64,000 nucleotides of DNA from Octopus vulgaris (lineage: Eukaryota), in contig OX597816.1 in assembly GCA_951406725.2 (NCBI GenBank), positions 75,578,001 to 75,642,000 of the forward strand, read 5' to 3'. The first letter of the stretch is position 1. Each line of letters starts with the position of its first letter. Below the pieces are notes generated by a model. It did not search any database, was not told where the DNA came from, and saw nothing but the letters and a program-made list of their open reading frames with translations. Made by a program: the position numbers and the translations under genes. Below are positions 12,770 to 25,952 of the stretch, piece after piece.

Positions 12770-13560
12770 ATGGTGTCAGTGAGACCCAAAGGTGTCAGGT
12801 AATGCTGAATAAGTGCTATGGATAGACCATAGTTGAGTTCCAGGTTCGGTGATTATGCAAATAAGGGGTCCAACATAGGTCATATATCAGCATGTGTATA
12901 TAAAAAAATTTTTTTTTCCGTAATGAGATAAAAAAACCAAGGCTGTGTAGATTTTAGAATATTTATAAATAGAAAGTCTTACAACTTTTTCTAGGATATT
13001 TAATATATCCTGTCATCGGAGACGGTGTGAGAAGATGGTTAAGCAATAGTTAATTTACATAAGATATGAAGTAGAGAGTGAGGTGGAGGAATGAAAATAG
13101 ATGTGAGATATGCAGGGATATTGTATTTGTAGATCCATTATTTAGGCAGAATCATCATCATCATCGTTTAGCGTCCGTTTTCCATGCTAGCATGGGTTGG
13201 ACGGTTCTACTGGGGTCTGTGAAGCCAGAAGGCTTCATCAGGCCCAGTCTTATCTGGCAGTGTTTCTACAGCTGGATGCCCTTCCTAACGCCAATGGTAT
13301 ATATATAAGATTCCAGTACCATTCTGCCTAAATAATGGATCTACAAATACAATATCCCTGCATATCTCACATCTATTTTCATTCCTCCACCTCACTCTCT
13401 ACTTCATATCTTTTGTAAATTAACTATTGCTTAACCATCTCACACTGTCTCCGATGAAGGGATATAATAAATATCCTAGAAACAGCTGTAAGACCTATTT
13501 ATAAATGTTCTAAAATCTACACAGCCTTGGTTTTTTTATCTCATTACGGAAAAAAAAAAT
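12770..13560. mobile_element. Penelope-type element with ~240-bp inverted arms (12910-13152 / 13321-13559) and a SINE C fragment in the spacer
   Basis: Arms are reverse complements and each carries a hammerhead motif; the same family recurs at 50248-50400. Confidence 0.7.
13447..13494 (+). ncRNA. Minimal type I hammerhead motif (U4C variant)
   Basis: gtct CCGATGA agggata-taataaa-tatccta GAAAC agct GTA agac. Confidence 0.6.
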
Positions 13561-13714
13561 AATATATATATATATATATATTATATATAACCTATAATAC
13601 ATAATTATTACACAATGTACTTTCTTGACTCATTCATTCTGACAATCCAGTTTTCTTACTGCAGATATCATTGTTATCTCGCTGAATGATTAGAAAATAA
13701 AGGAATTATTATTA

Positions 13715-13951
13715 TTGGGTTGGTGCATAATTATTGTGGCTTTTTTTCAACAAATTTTATTCAACATAAATAATAACAATATTTAACAAAAACATCTTTA
13801 AATACGGTCTGACTGTCTGCCAAGCAAATGGGAAGCAGTAATTGAAGTAGATGGTGAATATGCTCCGGAATAATCATTTAAAGATGTTTTTGTTATTTTT
13901 GTTGAATAAATTTTTTTGAAAAAGAGCCACAATAATTATGCACCAACCCAA
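13715..13951 (+). mobile_element. Mariner-derived MITE
   Basis: TIRs TTGGGTTGGTGCATAATTATTGTGGC / GCCACAATAATTATGCACCAACCCAA with TA on both sides; internal transposase C-terminus LPSKWEAVIEVDGEYAPE*. Confidence 0.9.
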
Positions 13952-14559
13952 TATTATTAACATTATTGTTGTTGTTGTTCTTCTTACAAGGGAATGACAT
14001 CGTTTGGTGCAATAAATTGTTATTGAATTTTGCTGTGCTGCAAATTATTTTGGTTTTTATTGTACCAGTTTGTCTTTAAGTCAACTACCATCTTCTGAGG
14101 CTAAGTTTGCTTTGTGAAAGTTTCTTCTCTTCTAGGTGAGTTTTGAAATTTTAAAAAGCGAATGTACATGCTAAGGAAAAATCAATATAGCTTCTAAAAT
14201 CAAGGCAAGAGATGGCTTTTGGAAGAGCCATTATGAAAATAATTTCCCACCTCTACCTGCTACAATTAACAGAAAATGTATGAATAGCAATAGCAATGGT
14301 GACAACAACAACCAAAACAAGATGTTAACTGAGAGTGTATGAATATTAATAGCAATAACAACAATGACAAACCAACACCTGTGAAAGAAACATGAGGGCA
14401 ACACTCCTGCCACGCTTCAAACTGCTACAAATACGAGCAAAAGGAACAACAACAATGATAAACAAGATAAAGAGAAAATTGAAAGGAACATGACTTTCAC
14501 CATCACCACCACCTGTTCAAACTTATATATGATAAAAACTGAACAGCAATGTTTAAATG

Positions 14560-14990
14560 CATTTAGAAAATTAGAGGCTGTTCTTTTTTGCCGAAAGAAC
14601 TAAGAATTGCAAAAATTAATCTCACCAAAAATGACTGAAAAATATACCTAAATACATAGTAACAAATTCAAGAGAAAATCCAAAGTAAAACAATAATATA
14701 TTAATGCATTGAACTGAAAATGAGGCAGTTTGAGCGAATGATGTAGGCTTGAATTGAAAAGTGCCTTAAACTCCTATGTTACTCGAGGTAGGTATTTTGG
14801 CACAGTTGAGTTCAGATTTCAAACAGATGAAGTGAAAAATTCAATAACACTTAAGAGCGATGAAATGCTCTTGATTCCAACAGATGTTGGAATCAATGTT
14901 AAAAATATAGGCGGCTGAGGTACCACCAACTACTCATGAATACATAGGTACCTATAATGACTAGTGAGTGACCACATGGTGCATGTTACC
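14560..14990 (+). pseudogene. Relic of a Tx1-type ORF1 homologous to the ORF1s at 47-50 kb
   Basis: 14753 IEKCL and 14775 YVTRGRYFGTVEFRFQTDEVKNSITLKSDEMLLIPT align with TIEKCL and YVARGRAYGTVKVRFSEEEVAREHSVNPLKTKEVVLLPT. Confidence 0.7.
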
Positions 14991-15619
14991 GAGTTGTAAT
15001 CACTTGCAAATATGGCTTGGTAATGGGTTTTTACAACCATGTTATTCAACATGTTTTTTTCTATATTTTATTGTTCATTTGTAAGAGCTATGCCCCTTGG
15101 TTTTAGTCAGTTTATATATCAAACACTAGTGATATCAACAACTCTTGTATATTGTGTGAGTAAATGTGTCACTCCTTTTGTTAAATTGCAGCTGCTGAGG
15201 TAGATTGTCAGTGAAGCATATACACATACATATAATGAATGTTTGTGGTATATTTGAAGTTCATTTTCCCTGTTTATTTATGTGGATATAAAGTTAAAAC
15301 ACTATGTATTGACTCGTACACTTTCAGCAGTGAACTAAAATTGTACTTTCTACATTCATGTGCATCTATTTACTATATGCATCGATGTATATATCTTTCT
15401 TCTAGTTAGACTTATTTGAAAAATTCCAGTAAGGAAGGAATTGGATTTCTAACAAAGATACAAAACTTTGTCTTAAGAATGTAGACACCAAAAACAATCA
15501 CATTTTGAACTTGAGGAAAGTTTTGCATATTTTTACTGTTCTGCTTACAGTATGTATTTGTAATGTGTAAGTTAGCTGGTTGATTTTTTTCCCCCTAAAA
15601 CCCTAGTTTTGTCCAGATT

Positions 15620-17560
15620 GTCTGACAAAACCAGGTAGGCCAATTATTATTGATATAAATGTGAATTTATAATCTGGGTAGAGAAGCTGGAGATTTTGAA
15701 GTAACTGTCTGTGGTTATCCTCTTTCTATTTGATTTCTGAAGAGATATTCACATCAGGAGGGCAGCTGACCTCTATGGTAGTACATTCCTTTTCTTGTGT
15801 GTCCCAAAGAAGAGTATCCAACCTGATATGTTTGATGGGGATGTTCCACCAACATTTCAAGTGCTGATGTTTATGTATATATTGAATAACAAAAAGAGAA
15901 TGCTTCCCGAAGAGCTCACTGCCAAAACTTAGGAAGCTGTACCCTTCACTTTTCAATTCTAGGTTTATGTATTTATTTTTGCTGCTATTGTTTAGCAGGT
16001 ACTGCCTGAGAAAGACAATATGACATTCGAAGGCTGACTATACTGGTCTCTGGCCTCTACCTCCTTTATCTCTTCTTAAGCAGATTCTGTTGATATCGCT
16101 GTTTCTGTGGAGATTTCCAGTTGATGTCAGTATCTTTTGAGTTTAATGTCTATGGAATGTATTTCCTCTACAGACAAGTTAAGTATCTCTAATGTTGGTA
16201 TCAGCACTTCTACTGCATTGTGAGATACTGTCTTGTTGTATGTGGAGAGTTCTGATCGCCATATGTTTTCTAAGTCAGGTGTAATATTTTCAGGTCTCTC
16301 TATCTTTATTTATAATACCTTTGTCAATGTCTAGGCATTTGTGGTGTTCTTTATGTGGAACAGGAGAGATAGATATATCATTTATGTACAAGTTGTGAGT
16401 TCGGGGGACTGATTTTCCATTTTCAGCAATCAGTTATGCACATTTCTTTTGGTCAAATTCCATTCCCATATCAGCTGAACATGTTATTAAACTTCAGCTT
16501 TTTTTGGCATTGTTTAACATTTTTAGTAAAGATTTTCAGGTCATTCACAAAGAAATTATAGATTGCATCTGTATCTTTAAAAGGTGCAAACCCTAGTGTG
16601 TAGCCATTAGGTTTTTGTGGCAGAAATGATAATGGATCTTAATGCCAAAATAAACAGAATTACAGAAAAACTATCTCCTTGGAATATTCCCTGTATTTAT
16701 AACATCAAAGATAATTGTCCTGCTCTCAGTTATAAGTATGTGAATTGTTGCCCAGGTCTTTGTGAGCCTCTCAATGGCTGCAACTAAGGTAGCAGATGCT
16801 TTTGTCAAGTAGAGAAAGTTCAGCAGCCATCAGTGGGGAATAGAATCGAATGCTTACCTGTAATCAAGCCATATGGCCTCAATGTTTCTGCAGTGTTTTC
16901 TTTCTTCATACTATATACCTTTGTTTATCAAAGGTTGTACAGTACTTCCAGGGAGACTATCTCCCTGGAATATTCCCTTTGAAATATTTATGGCACTGGA
17001 GACGATCGTTCCACTCTCTGTCCCAAGTGTGAGGATTGTTGTCCAGGTCTTTGTGAGCTTCTCAATGGCAGCAATTAAGACAGCAGGCACTTTTGCAAAA
17101 TGGAGACACTTCAGCAGCCATGAGTGATGAATAGAGTCAAATGCCACCCTATAATCAAGCCATACTGTTCTAAGCCATACTGTGATGCTTTTTTTTAAAC
17201 CTTGTATAGTAGAGCTTTGTTTATCAGTAGTTGTTTGGCACATCACCACAATCTTTCCACCTGACCATTAACTACTCACAATGACCCTGGAGGAATTGGT
17301 TGAAGTATCTTGCATAGAGTTTGTACATAATGTTCAGGCAAGCAATGGACATATAATTATCTGCCATCTTGGTGGATTTATTTGTGGCTACAAGATTTGT
17401 CCGTGTTATTGCAAGCCAATCTTGCATGTCTATTTGGGTTTTCATAGTCCTTTTAAATATACATATTAATGGCTTTCTGTAAAAATCTATTAATATGTAC
17501 CAGTACCTAACTATTAGTGCTCTTCTACTGACAATTTTGAAGGATTTTCTCTTAGCACTT
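15620..17560 (-). mobile_element. Decayed R4/Dong-like RLE-type non-LTR retrotransposon
   Basis: RT motifs IACLNIMYKLY, WLDYRVAFDSIHHSWL and KGIFQGDSL; restriction-like endonuclease IRLDTLLWDTQEKECTTIEVSCP; many stops. Confidence 0.75.
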
Positions 17561-17641
17561 TTTAGTTTATACATACCTACATACATGCACACATACGTAC
17601 ACATGTATGTATGTATGTATGTATGTATGTATGTATGTGTA

Positions 17642-18507
17642 CGAAGGGGTATCCAAAAGTAACCGGAAACATCCTCTGTCCGTTGTAGTTCGGACTTTCT
17701 GCACTAAAAGCCACTTGATGCAGCTTTCAGGCATCAATCTGCCAACCGGCGGCGTCGGGTGAGGTCGTACTGCCACGTGGTGCGTCTTTGTTTTGCAGTG
17801 CTTCTCCCCTGTTCGTCGACTTTTGTGCTGGCTGAAATGAAGAAACAGCGTGCTTCCGTGAAATTCTGTTTTCTGCTGGGGAAAACTGCGGCCGAAACAG
17901 TTCTCATGCTTTAAGTAGCTTACAAGGACGCTGTCATGAGCAAAACACGTTTACGAGTGGTTTTCACGTTTTAGGAATGGTCACTTGTCACTTGAAGACC
18001 AACCTTGTTCAGGGCGACTGTCGACATCCTGAACGAATGAAAACATCACGAAAATTCATGAACTGATCGTGGAGGACCGTCACTGAACAATTGATTGGTG
18101 TGTCCGGGAGCTCCTGCCAGCGAATTTTGAGCGAGGAATTGCGAATGAAAAGAGTTGCAACAAAATTTATGTCTCGCTTGCTCACGAAAGATCAAATGCA
18201 GTCACGACTGAATACGTGTCGTGAATTGAAAGTTGTTCCAGACCTCTTTTCGAAGGTCATCACTGGTGATGAAAGCTGGTGATACGGAATTTGCAGATGT
18301 GGAAGAGGTGAAGAACAAAAGTACGGAAGCGTTAAAAGGCATCACTTCGCAAGAGTTCCAGCCCTGTTTCAAGCATTGGAAAATGCGTCTGGACCGATGC
18401 ATTGCTTCAAATGGAGAATACCTGGAAGGCGATAAAGGTGTAAACATGTAAAACTAAGTGAACAAAATAACATTGCAAAATTCCAGTTTCATTTAGGTGC
18501 CCGCTCA
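17642..18507 (+). mobile_element. Internally deleted mariner transposon
   Basis: MKKQRASVKFCFLLGKTAAET (17837), VITGDESW, then directly the C-terminus CFKHWKMRLDRCIASNGEYLEGDK; diverged TIRs bounded by TA. Confidence 0.85.
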
Positions 18508-18625
18508 TATATATATATATATTAGCGTCCGTTTTCCATGCTAGCATGGGTTGGACGGTTCTGCTGGGGTCTGTGAAGGCAGAAGGCTTCATCAGGCCCA
18601 GTCAAATCTGGCAGTGTTTCTACGG

Positions 18626-18674
<49 letters not shown>

Positions 18675-19169
18675 ATATATATTATATAATATATACATTA
18701 TATAATATATATTGTATAATATATATTATATAATATATATATTATATAATATATATTATATAATATATATTATATAATATATAATATATATTATATATAT
18801 ATATATATAATATATTATATAATATATATTATATAATATATATTATATAATATATATATATATATAATATATATATTATATAATATATATATATATATAT
18901 TATATAATATATATTATATAATATATATTATATAATATATATATATATATATATATCATAATATATGCTATATAATATATATATATAATATGGCAATATA
19001 TGCCCTTATAAAACCATGAGTATATATATGCCATGCACAGGTGCCAGGCAGGGCTGGCAACGCCATCAATAATATTATATAATATATATCAATTCGATTT
19101 CGATTTCGCTTGCCCCAACATGTCTTCACAAGCAATATATTGGATATATATTATATATATATATATAAT

Positions 19170-19283
<114 letters not shown>

Positions 19284-19313
19284 TATATATAATATATATA
19301 TAATATATATAAT

Positions 19314-19347
<34 letters not shown>

Positions 19348-19357
19348 ATATATATAT

Positions 19358-19580
19358 GTGGAGGCACAATGGCCCAGTGGTTAAGGCAGCGGACTTGCAG
19401 TAGGAGGATCGCGGTTTCGATTCCCAGACCGGGCGTTGTGTGTGTTTATTGAGCGAAAAAAACACCTAAAAGCTCCACGAGGCTCCGGCAGGAGGTGGTG
19501 ATCCCTGCTGTACTCTTTCACCACTCTAAAGGCGGTGCTCTAGCATGGCCGCAGTCAAATGACTGAAACAAGTACCAAAA
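19358..19580 (+). mobile_element. Chimeric SINE: family B head joined to family A tail
   Basis: Matches 24828-25000 up to CTCTTTCACCAC, then AAAGGCGGTGCTCTAGCATGGCCGCAGTCAAATGACTGAAAC. Confidence 0.75.
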
Positions 19581-19597
19581 AAAAAAAAATATATAAT

Positions 19598-19694
<97 letters not shown>

Positions 19695-19751
19695 ATATAT
19701 ATATTATATAATATATATTATATAATATATGTATATATTATATATTATATG

Positions 19752-19795
<44 letters not shown>

Positions 19796-19821
19796 ATATA
19801 TATATTATATAAGATATAAAT

Positions 19822-19902
<81 letters not shown>

Positions 19903-19974
19903 ATATATATTATATAATATATATATATATTATACAATATATATTATCTAATATATATATTATATAATATATAT

Positions 19975-20073
<99 letters not shown>

Positions 20074-20110
20074 ATATATATTATATATATTATATAATAT
20101 ATATATATAT

Positions 20111-20234
<124 letters not shown>

Positions 20235-20266
20235 ATATATATATATATATATATTATATAATATAT

Positions 20267-20530
<264 letters not shown>

Positions 20531-20647
20531 ATATATATATATATATATACATATATAATATATATATAATATATAATATATATATATATATACATATATA
20601 ATATATATATTATATATAATATATATATACATATATAATATATATAT

Positions 20648-20699
<52 letters not shown>

Positions 20700-20985
20700 T
20701 ATTATATCATATAATTAAGGGCTAAAGAGGGTAATTCTAAAGCCAATACACTGATTTATCCACTTATAATCCGCTTGCTACAGGAGAATTGTAACTGAAA
20801 ACGGGCAACTAACCTTTAGAAAATTTAAATTTCGTTATCTCTATATTGAATCAATTTCGGAATTAATCTTATAAAAAAGATATATTCCTTCTTCAGTAGA
20901 GCTTTCGATGGGATATAAATTTTCTGTAGAGAAAAGGACTTCATCCTATATTGCTAGTAGTAATATATATATTATATATAATATA

Positions 20986-21023
<38 letters not shown>

Positions 21024-21038
21024 TTATATATAATATAT

Positions 21039-21081
<43 letters not shown>

Positions 21082-21084
21082 ATA

Positions 21085-21958
21085 AAAGTTTCAAGCTCTA
21101 TACTATCAGCATGCAAAACTAAATGCAATACCCAATGAATACACTGGAGCCGGAGGAATAGCAATCCCAGAGGCACAATCAGTGCGTGACCTAGGTATTT
21201 ACATGAGTGATGACGCGACCTTTCATGTACATGTTGCTAAATTGGCAATGAAATGTAGACGACTGGCCGGATGGATCCTCAGAACCTTTAGAACAAGAGA
21301 ACAAGAAACCATGATGGTCCTCTGGAGGACACTTGTCTTAAGCCACTTTGACTACTGCTCTCAGTTATGGTCACCATCCAGTGTCAAGTTGATCACAGAG
21401 CTCGAGGCGATCCAACGTAGCTACACGAAGAAGATAGCCTCTATGCAGAATGTAAGCTACTGGGAAAGACTCAAGAGATTAAAACTATATTCCCTGGAGC
21501 GTAGGCGGGAAAGATATGCCATAATATACATCTGGAAGATCCTGGAGGGAAGTGTCCTGAACTTTGGCATCGAGAGTTACGCAAATGCCAGAACTGGGCG
21601 CCACTGCGTGGTGCCTAGGACTCCAAACTTGCCATCAAGATGTAGGACAAGTTTCTGTGATAGCCTGGGCTTCCGAGGCCCACAGCTCTTCAATATCCTC
21701 CCGAAGAACCTGAGAGACCTGCATGGGGTGGATGCAGATGTCTTTAAAATGAAGCTGGATCTCTTCCTGTCAGGTGTCCCAGATGAACCAACTTCACGGC
21801 AGGAGGGGCAGATGAGGGCAGCTGCATCGAACTCTCTCATGCACCAAATGGCAGTTGCTAGAAAGCTTTCGTGAAGTGAAACCAAGTAGCAACACCAAAT
21901 GGCGGTGCCCCAGCATGGCCACAGCTCATAAGCTGAAACTAGAATCAATCAATCAATC
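21085..21958 (+). mobile_element. 5'-truncated CR1/L2-group LINE with an open RT C-terminus and (ATCA)n tail
   Basis: ORF 21182-21874: RDLGI...GWILRTF...HFDYCSQLWSP...LKLYSLERRRERY...FKMKLDLFL; short 3' UTR and tetranucleotide tail. Confidence 0.85.
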
Positions 21959-22110
21959 ATATATATATACATATATAATATATATATTATATAATATATA
22001 TATATATATATACATATATAATATATATATTATATACCAGGTGGTGCTATTAAGTTAGATATGGCCTGGGCCAATAATGGCCGAAACCTATCAAAGTATC
22101 AAAGTAAGTA

Positions 22111-22197
<87 letters not shown>

Positions 22198-22294
22198 GTA
22201 TGTATATATATATATATGTATATATATATGTATATATATATATGTATGTATATATATATGTATATATATATATGTATGTATATATATATGTATG

Positions 22295-22359
<65 letters not shown>

Positions 22360-22370
22360 TATATTATATA

Positions 22371-22443
<73 letters not shown>

Positions 22444-22470
22444 CATATATATATATACATATATATATAT

Positions 22471-22550
<80 letters not shown>

Positions 22551-22555
22551 AAAAA

Positions 22556-22682
<127 letters not shown>

Positions 22683-22714
22683 TACATATATGTATATATG
22701 TATATGTATAAAAC

Positions 22715-23580
22715 GAAGATTTAACAAGATTCCTTTATTTTATTTTCGACATATGTTTCGAAGTCTGCAAAGTCCCTAATTCCGAGTGAATAAGGAGTCC
22801 ATTATGCAGCTTTCTCTTCAGGAAAATCCAGGAACTTAATTCTCCAACAAAATGCACAACAAGCTTTTCGACGACTGCTCACAAGGAGCCCATAAAAATA
22901 ATGATAAATAATGTCTACTTATAGGGGGTGACGCCAGATTGGATGAAAGCAGGAGACATTGTCCGTCGACATAGTTCAAGGGCAGAATCAAGGTAGGAGA
23001 AGGAAGGTATAGGAAAACTAAAGAGAGTGAATGTATTCTGTATGACTGGTGTTTATATTTGATTTATTTTATGAATGAGTGCTCGAATGTATGAGTGTGT
23101 AAAATTGCCTTAATGTGTGTGTGTGCGTGTGTGCGTCTTTGAATGCGTGAAAGTGTGTGGAAGGTATAGAGAGAGAGATAGCAAGAATTAACGGTCAAGA
23201 ACTGAAATGACTGTGTCTGTGTGTTCGAATGTGTCAACTTAATAGGGAGAGGGCGGCCACAATAGCAATGACAAGATACAAGGTTACTGTTGGGATTGGT
23301 AGTAGTTCTTGGCAACTATGAGAAAGTCTTTTATACTAAAAGGGATGAGACATCACCTTTCAAATTTTTTTAGGAAATCCAGGGGTTATCTATATTAGAC
23401 TTCATTGGTATGAGAGGAAGGTATGCCTTTTCCAGTGTAGGCATCTGAAAGAACTCTCAACAAACCGAGTTTATTAGTCGGCCTCGGGCAAACAGAATAT
23501 GAAAGAGTTCGGAATTACACAGGGCACAGATTTTTTTGCCCATATCAAACGGTAAAGACACCGATAATATTGACCATTCC
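22715..23580 (-). mobile_element. Penelope-like element 3' region: GIY-YIG C-terminus and terminal repeat
   Basis: From 23577 the minus strand reads WSILSVSLPFDMGKKICALCNSELFHILFARGRLINS, the W-x-IL...CxLCxxE...LN motif of Penelope endonucleases; a hammerhead lies downstream. Confidence 0.7.
22743..22826 (-). ncRNA. Hammerhead ribozyme, canonical core, extended stem II
   Basis: ttttc CTGAAGA gaaagctgca...tgcagacttc GAAAC atat GTC gaaaa: perfect stem I, palindromic stem III, GUC cleavage triplet. Confidence 0.8.
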
Positions 23581-23596
23581 AGCCTAAAAGTTGAAT

Positions 23597-24125
23597 TTAA
23601 AAAATGTTTATTCACTTGACCAGTTTCACTTTTTTAGAAAAAGATTGTCAAAAGTAAAATCTAAAGCTTTGTATAAGCTTTGTTGTGTTAAGTACTGGTG
23701 GTCACAAAAGTATCAAAATTCTTTGATAATAATAAGAAAATATTAGAAACGGTTTACAAGAAAGTATTTAGGAAAATATTCAACAAAAAGTATTAAGAGT
23801 TCAATAAAAATCATGTTAGTTTGGTAGTATCTATATACATACACAGAAAAAGTATGTGTTCAATAAAAATCATGTTTGTTTGGTAGTACACACACACACA
23901 CACACACCCCACACACATATATATATATATATATACAAAGGAGATATATTTACGAGATTTTAACATTTTCTTATTACTATCAAAGAATGTACATATGTAT
24001 TTTAATACTTTTGTGACCACCAGTACTTAACACAACAAAGCTTATATAAAGCTTTACATTTTACTTTTGAAAATCTATTTTCTAAAAAGGTGAAACCGGT
24101 CAAGTGAATAAACATCTTTAAAATT
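23597..24125. repeat. Inverted repeat with ~150-bp arms, each carrying a U3-A8 hammerhead motif
   Basis: Minus 23655-23614: actt TTGACAA tctttttctaaaaaagt GAAAC tg GTC aagt; plus 24063-24105: actt TTGAAAA ... GAAAC cg GTC aagt. Confidence 0.7.
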
Positions 24126-24138
24126 ACATTTTCAAACT

Positions 24139-24195
<57 letters not shown>

Positions 24196-24245
24196 GGAAA
24201 AAAAGTCAAGATAGAAATGCTAAAATAATTTAATAAAAAACATTT

Positions 24246-24281
24246 CAGTACCTGTTTCAGTCATTGAAACTTTTTCAACTG
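24246..24281 (-). ncRNA. Minimal hammerhead motif, U3-A8 variant
   Basis: cag TTGAAAA agtt-tcaat-gact GAAAC ag GTA ctg. Confidence 0.55.
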
Positions 24282-24459
24282 CAACAATCAAACAATTAAA
24301 TTTAGAAAAATAAGAAGAAAAGTTTTTTTAAAAGAATATTTGTATAGTGTTCAAAAACAAGTGGCATTTTCCTTGTTTCAGCCTGTCTCTGTCTCTCTTG
24401 TTTATTCTTGTGGATTCGAGGTCGTATTTATATATATATATTTCATACATGAATATATT

Positions 24460-24501
<42 letters not shown>

Positions 24502-24611
24502 TATGTATATATATATATATATATCATACATATGTATATATATATCATTCATACATATGTATATATATGCATACATACATATATATATATGCATACATAT
24601 ATATATATATA

Positions 24612-24654
<43 letters not shown>

Positions 24655-24662
24655 TACATACA

Positions 24663-24727
<65 letters not shown>

Positions 24728-24826
24728 TCATTCGTATGCATTGAAACACTTTTATGACTGCAAGTTATTTCGTTATATTCATAAATATGCACTGTACATA
24801 TTCATATACGGAAATTATTGATCTCA

Positions 24827-25211
24827 AGTGGAGGCGCAATGGCCCAGTGGTTAGGGCAGCGGACTCGCGGTCATAGGATCGCGGTTTCGATTCCCAGACC
24901 GGGCGTTGTGAGTGTTTATTGAGCGAAAACACCTAAAGCTCCACGAGGCTCCGGCAGGGGATGGTGGTGATCCCTGCTGTACTCTTTCACCACAACTTTC
25001 TCTCACTCTTACTTCCTGTTTCTGTTGTACTGTATTTCAAAGGGCCGGCCTTGTCACTCTCTGTGTCACGCTGAATATCCCCGAGAACTACGTTAAGGGT
25101 ACACGTGTCTGTGGAATGCTCAGCCACTTACACGTTAATTTCACGAGCAGGCTGTTCCGTTGATTCGGATCAACCGGAACCCTCGTCGTCGTAACCGACG
25201 GAGTGCTTCTC
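24827..25211 (+). mobile_element. tRNA-derived SINE family B, full length
   Basis: GGAGGCGCAATGGCCCAGTGGTTAGG (box A)...GGTTTCGATTCCC (box B); 11-bp TSD TATTGATCTCA at 24816-24826 and 25212-25222. Confidence 0.9.
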
Positions 25212-25561
25212 TATTGATCTCACATTTCGTTTCCAAAATTATTTATATTTTGATGACAACGTGTGTCTTGATGATTTCAGACTAACACGTTATATTTAAA
25301 AGAAAGTTAGTAGAGCTACTTGCTATCGTGATCATAAAATAAACATTTCGTTTTGGAATGGTGTGATCAAGCTGAAATATAGCAGGAATATGCGACCACA
25401 GAATTCTTAGGACTGCAACTGGTAGAAAATTCTATTTAGTGTTAGTAAAAGTGTCGCACAACTGGGTTGTAGACTAGTTAGAATTTTACGAAATCAATCA
25501 ATCAATCCATCAATCCATCAATCCATCAATCCATCTATCTATCTATCTGCCTGCATACCTA

Positions 25562-25952
25562 GGCGTAGGGGTGGCTGTGTGGTAAGTAGCTTGTTTACTA
25601 ACCACATGGTTCCGGGTTCAGGGCAAGCGTCTTCTATAGCCTCAGGTCGACCAAAGCCTTGTGAGTGGATTTGGTAGACGGAAACTGAAAGAAGCCTGTC
25701 GTATATATGTATATATATATATGTGTGTGTGTGTATGTATCTGTTTGTGTGTCTGTGTTTGTCCTCCCCCCAACATCGCTTGACAACCGATGCTGGTGTG
25801 TTTACATCACCACAACTTAGCGGTTCGGCAAAAGAGACTGATAGAATAAGTACAAGGCTTACAAAGAATAAGTCCTGGGGTCGATTTGCTCGACTAAAGG
25901 CGGTGCTCCAGTATGGCCACAGTCAAATGACTGAAATAAGTAAAAGAGTAAA
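25562..25952 (+). mobile_element. SINE family A
   Basis: Head-to-tail match to other family A copies, with a small deletion after box B. Confidence 0.9.

Noticed and set aside
22050-22100. GGCC...GGCC GAAAC hairpin resembling a hammerhead
   Set aside because: No recognisable core or stem I.
24828-24905. Possible tRNA gene
   Set aside because: The tRNA-like head continues into a 380-bp body with a TSD, so it is a SINE.
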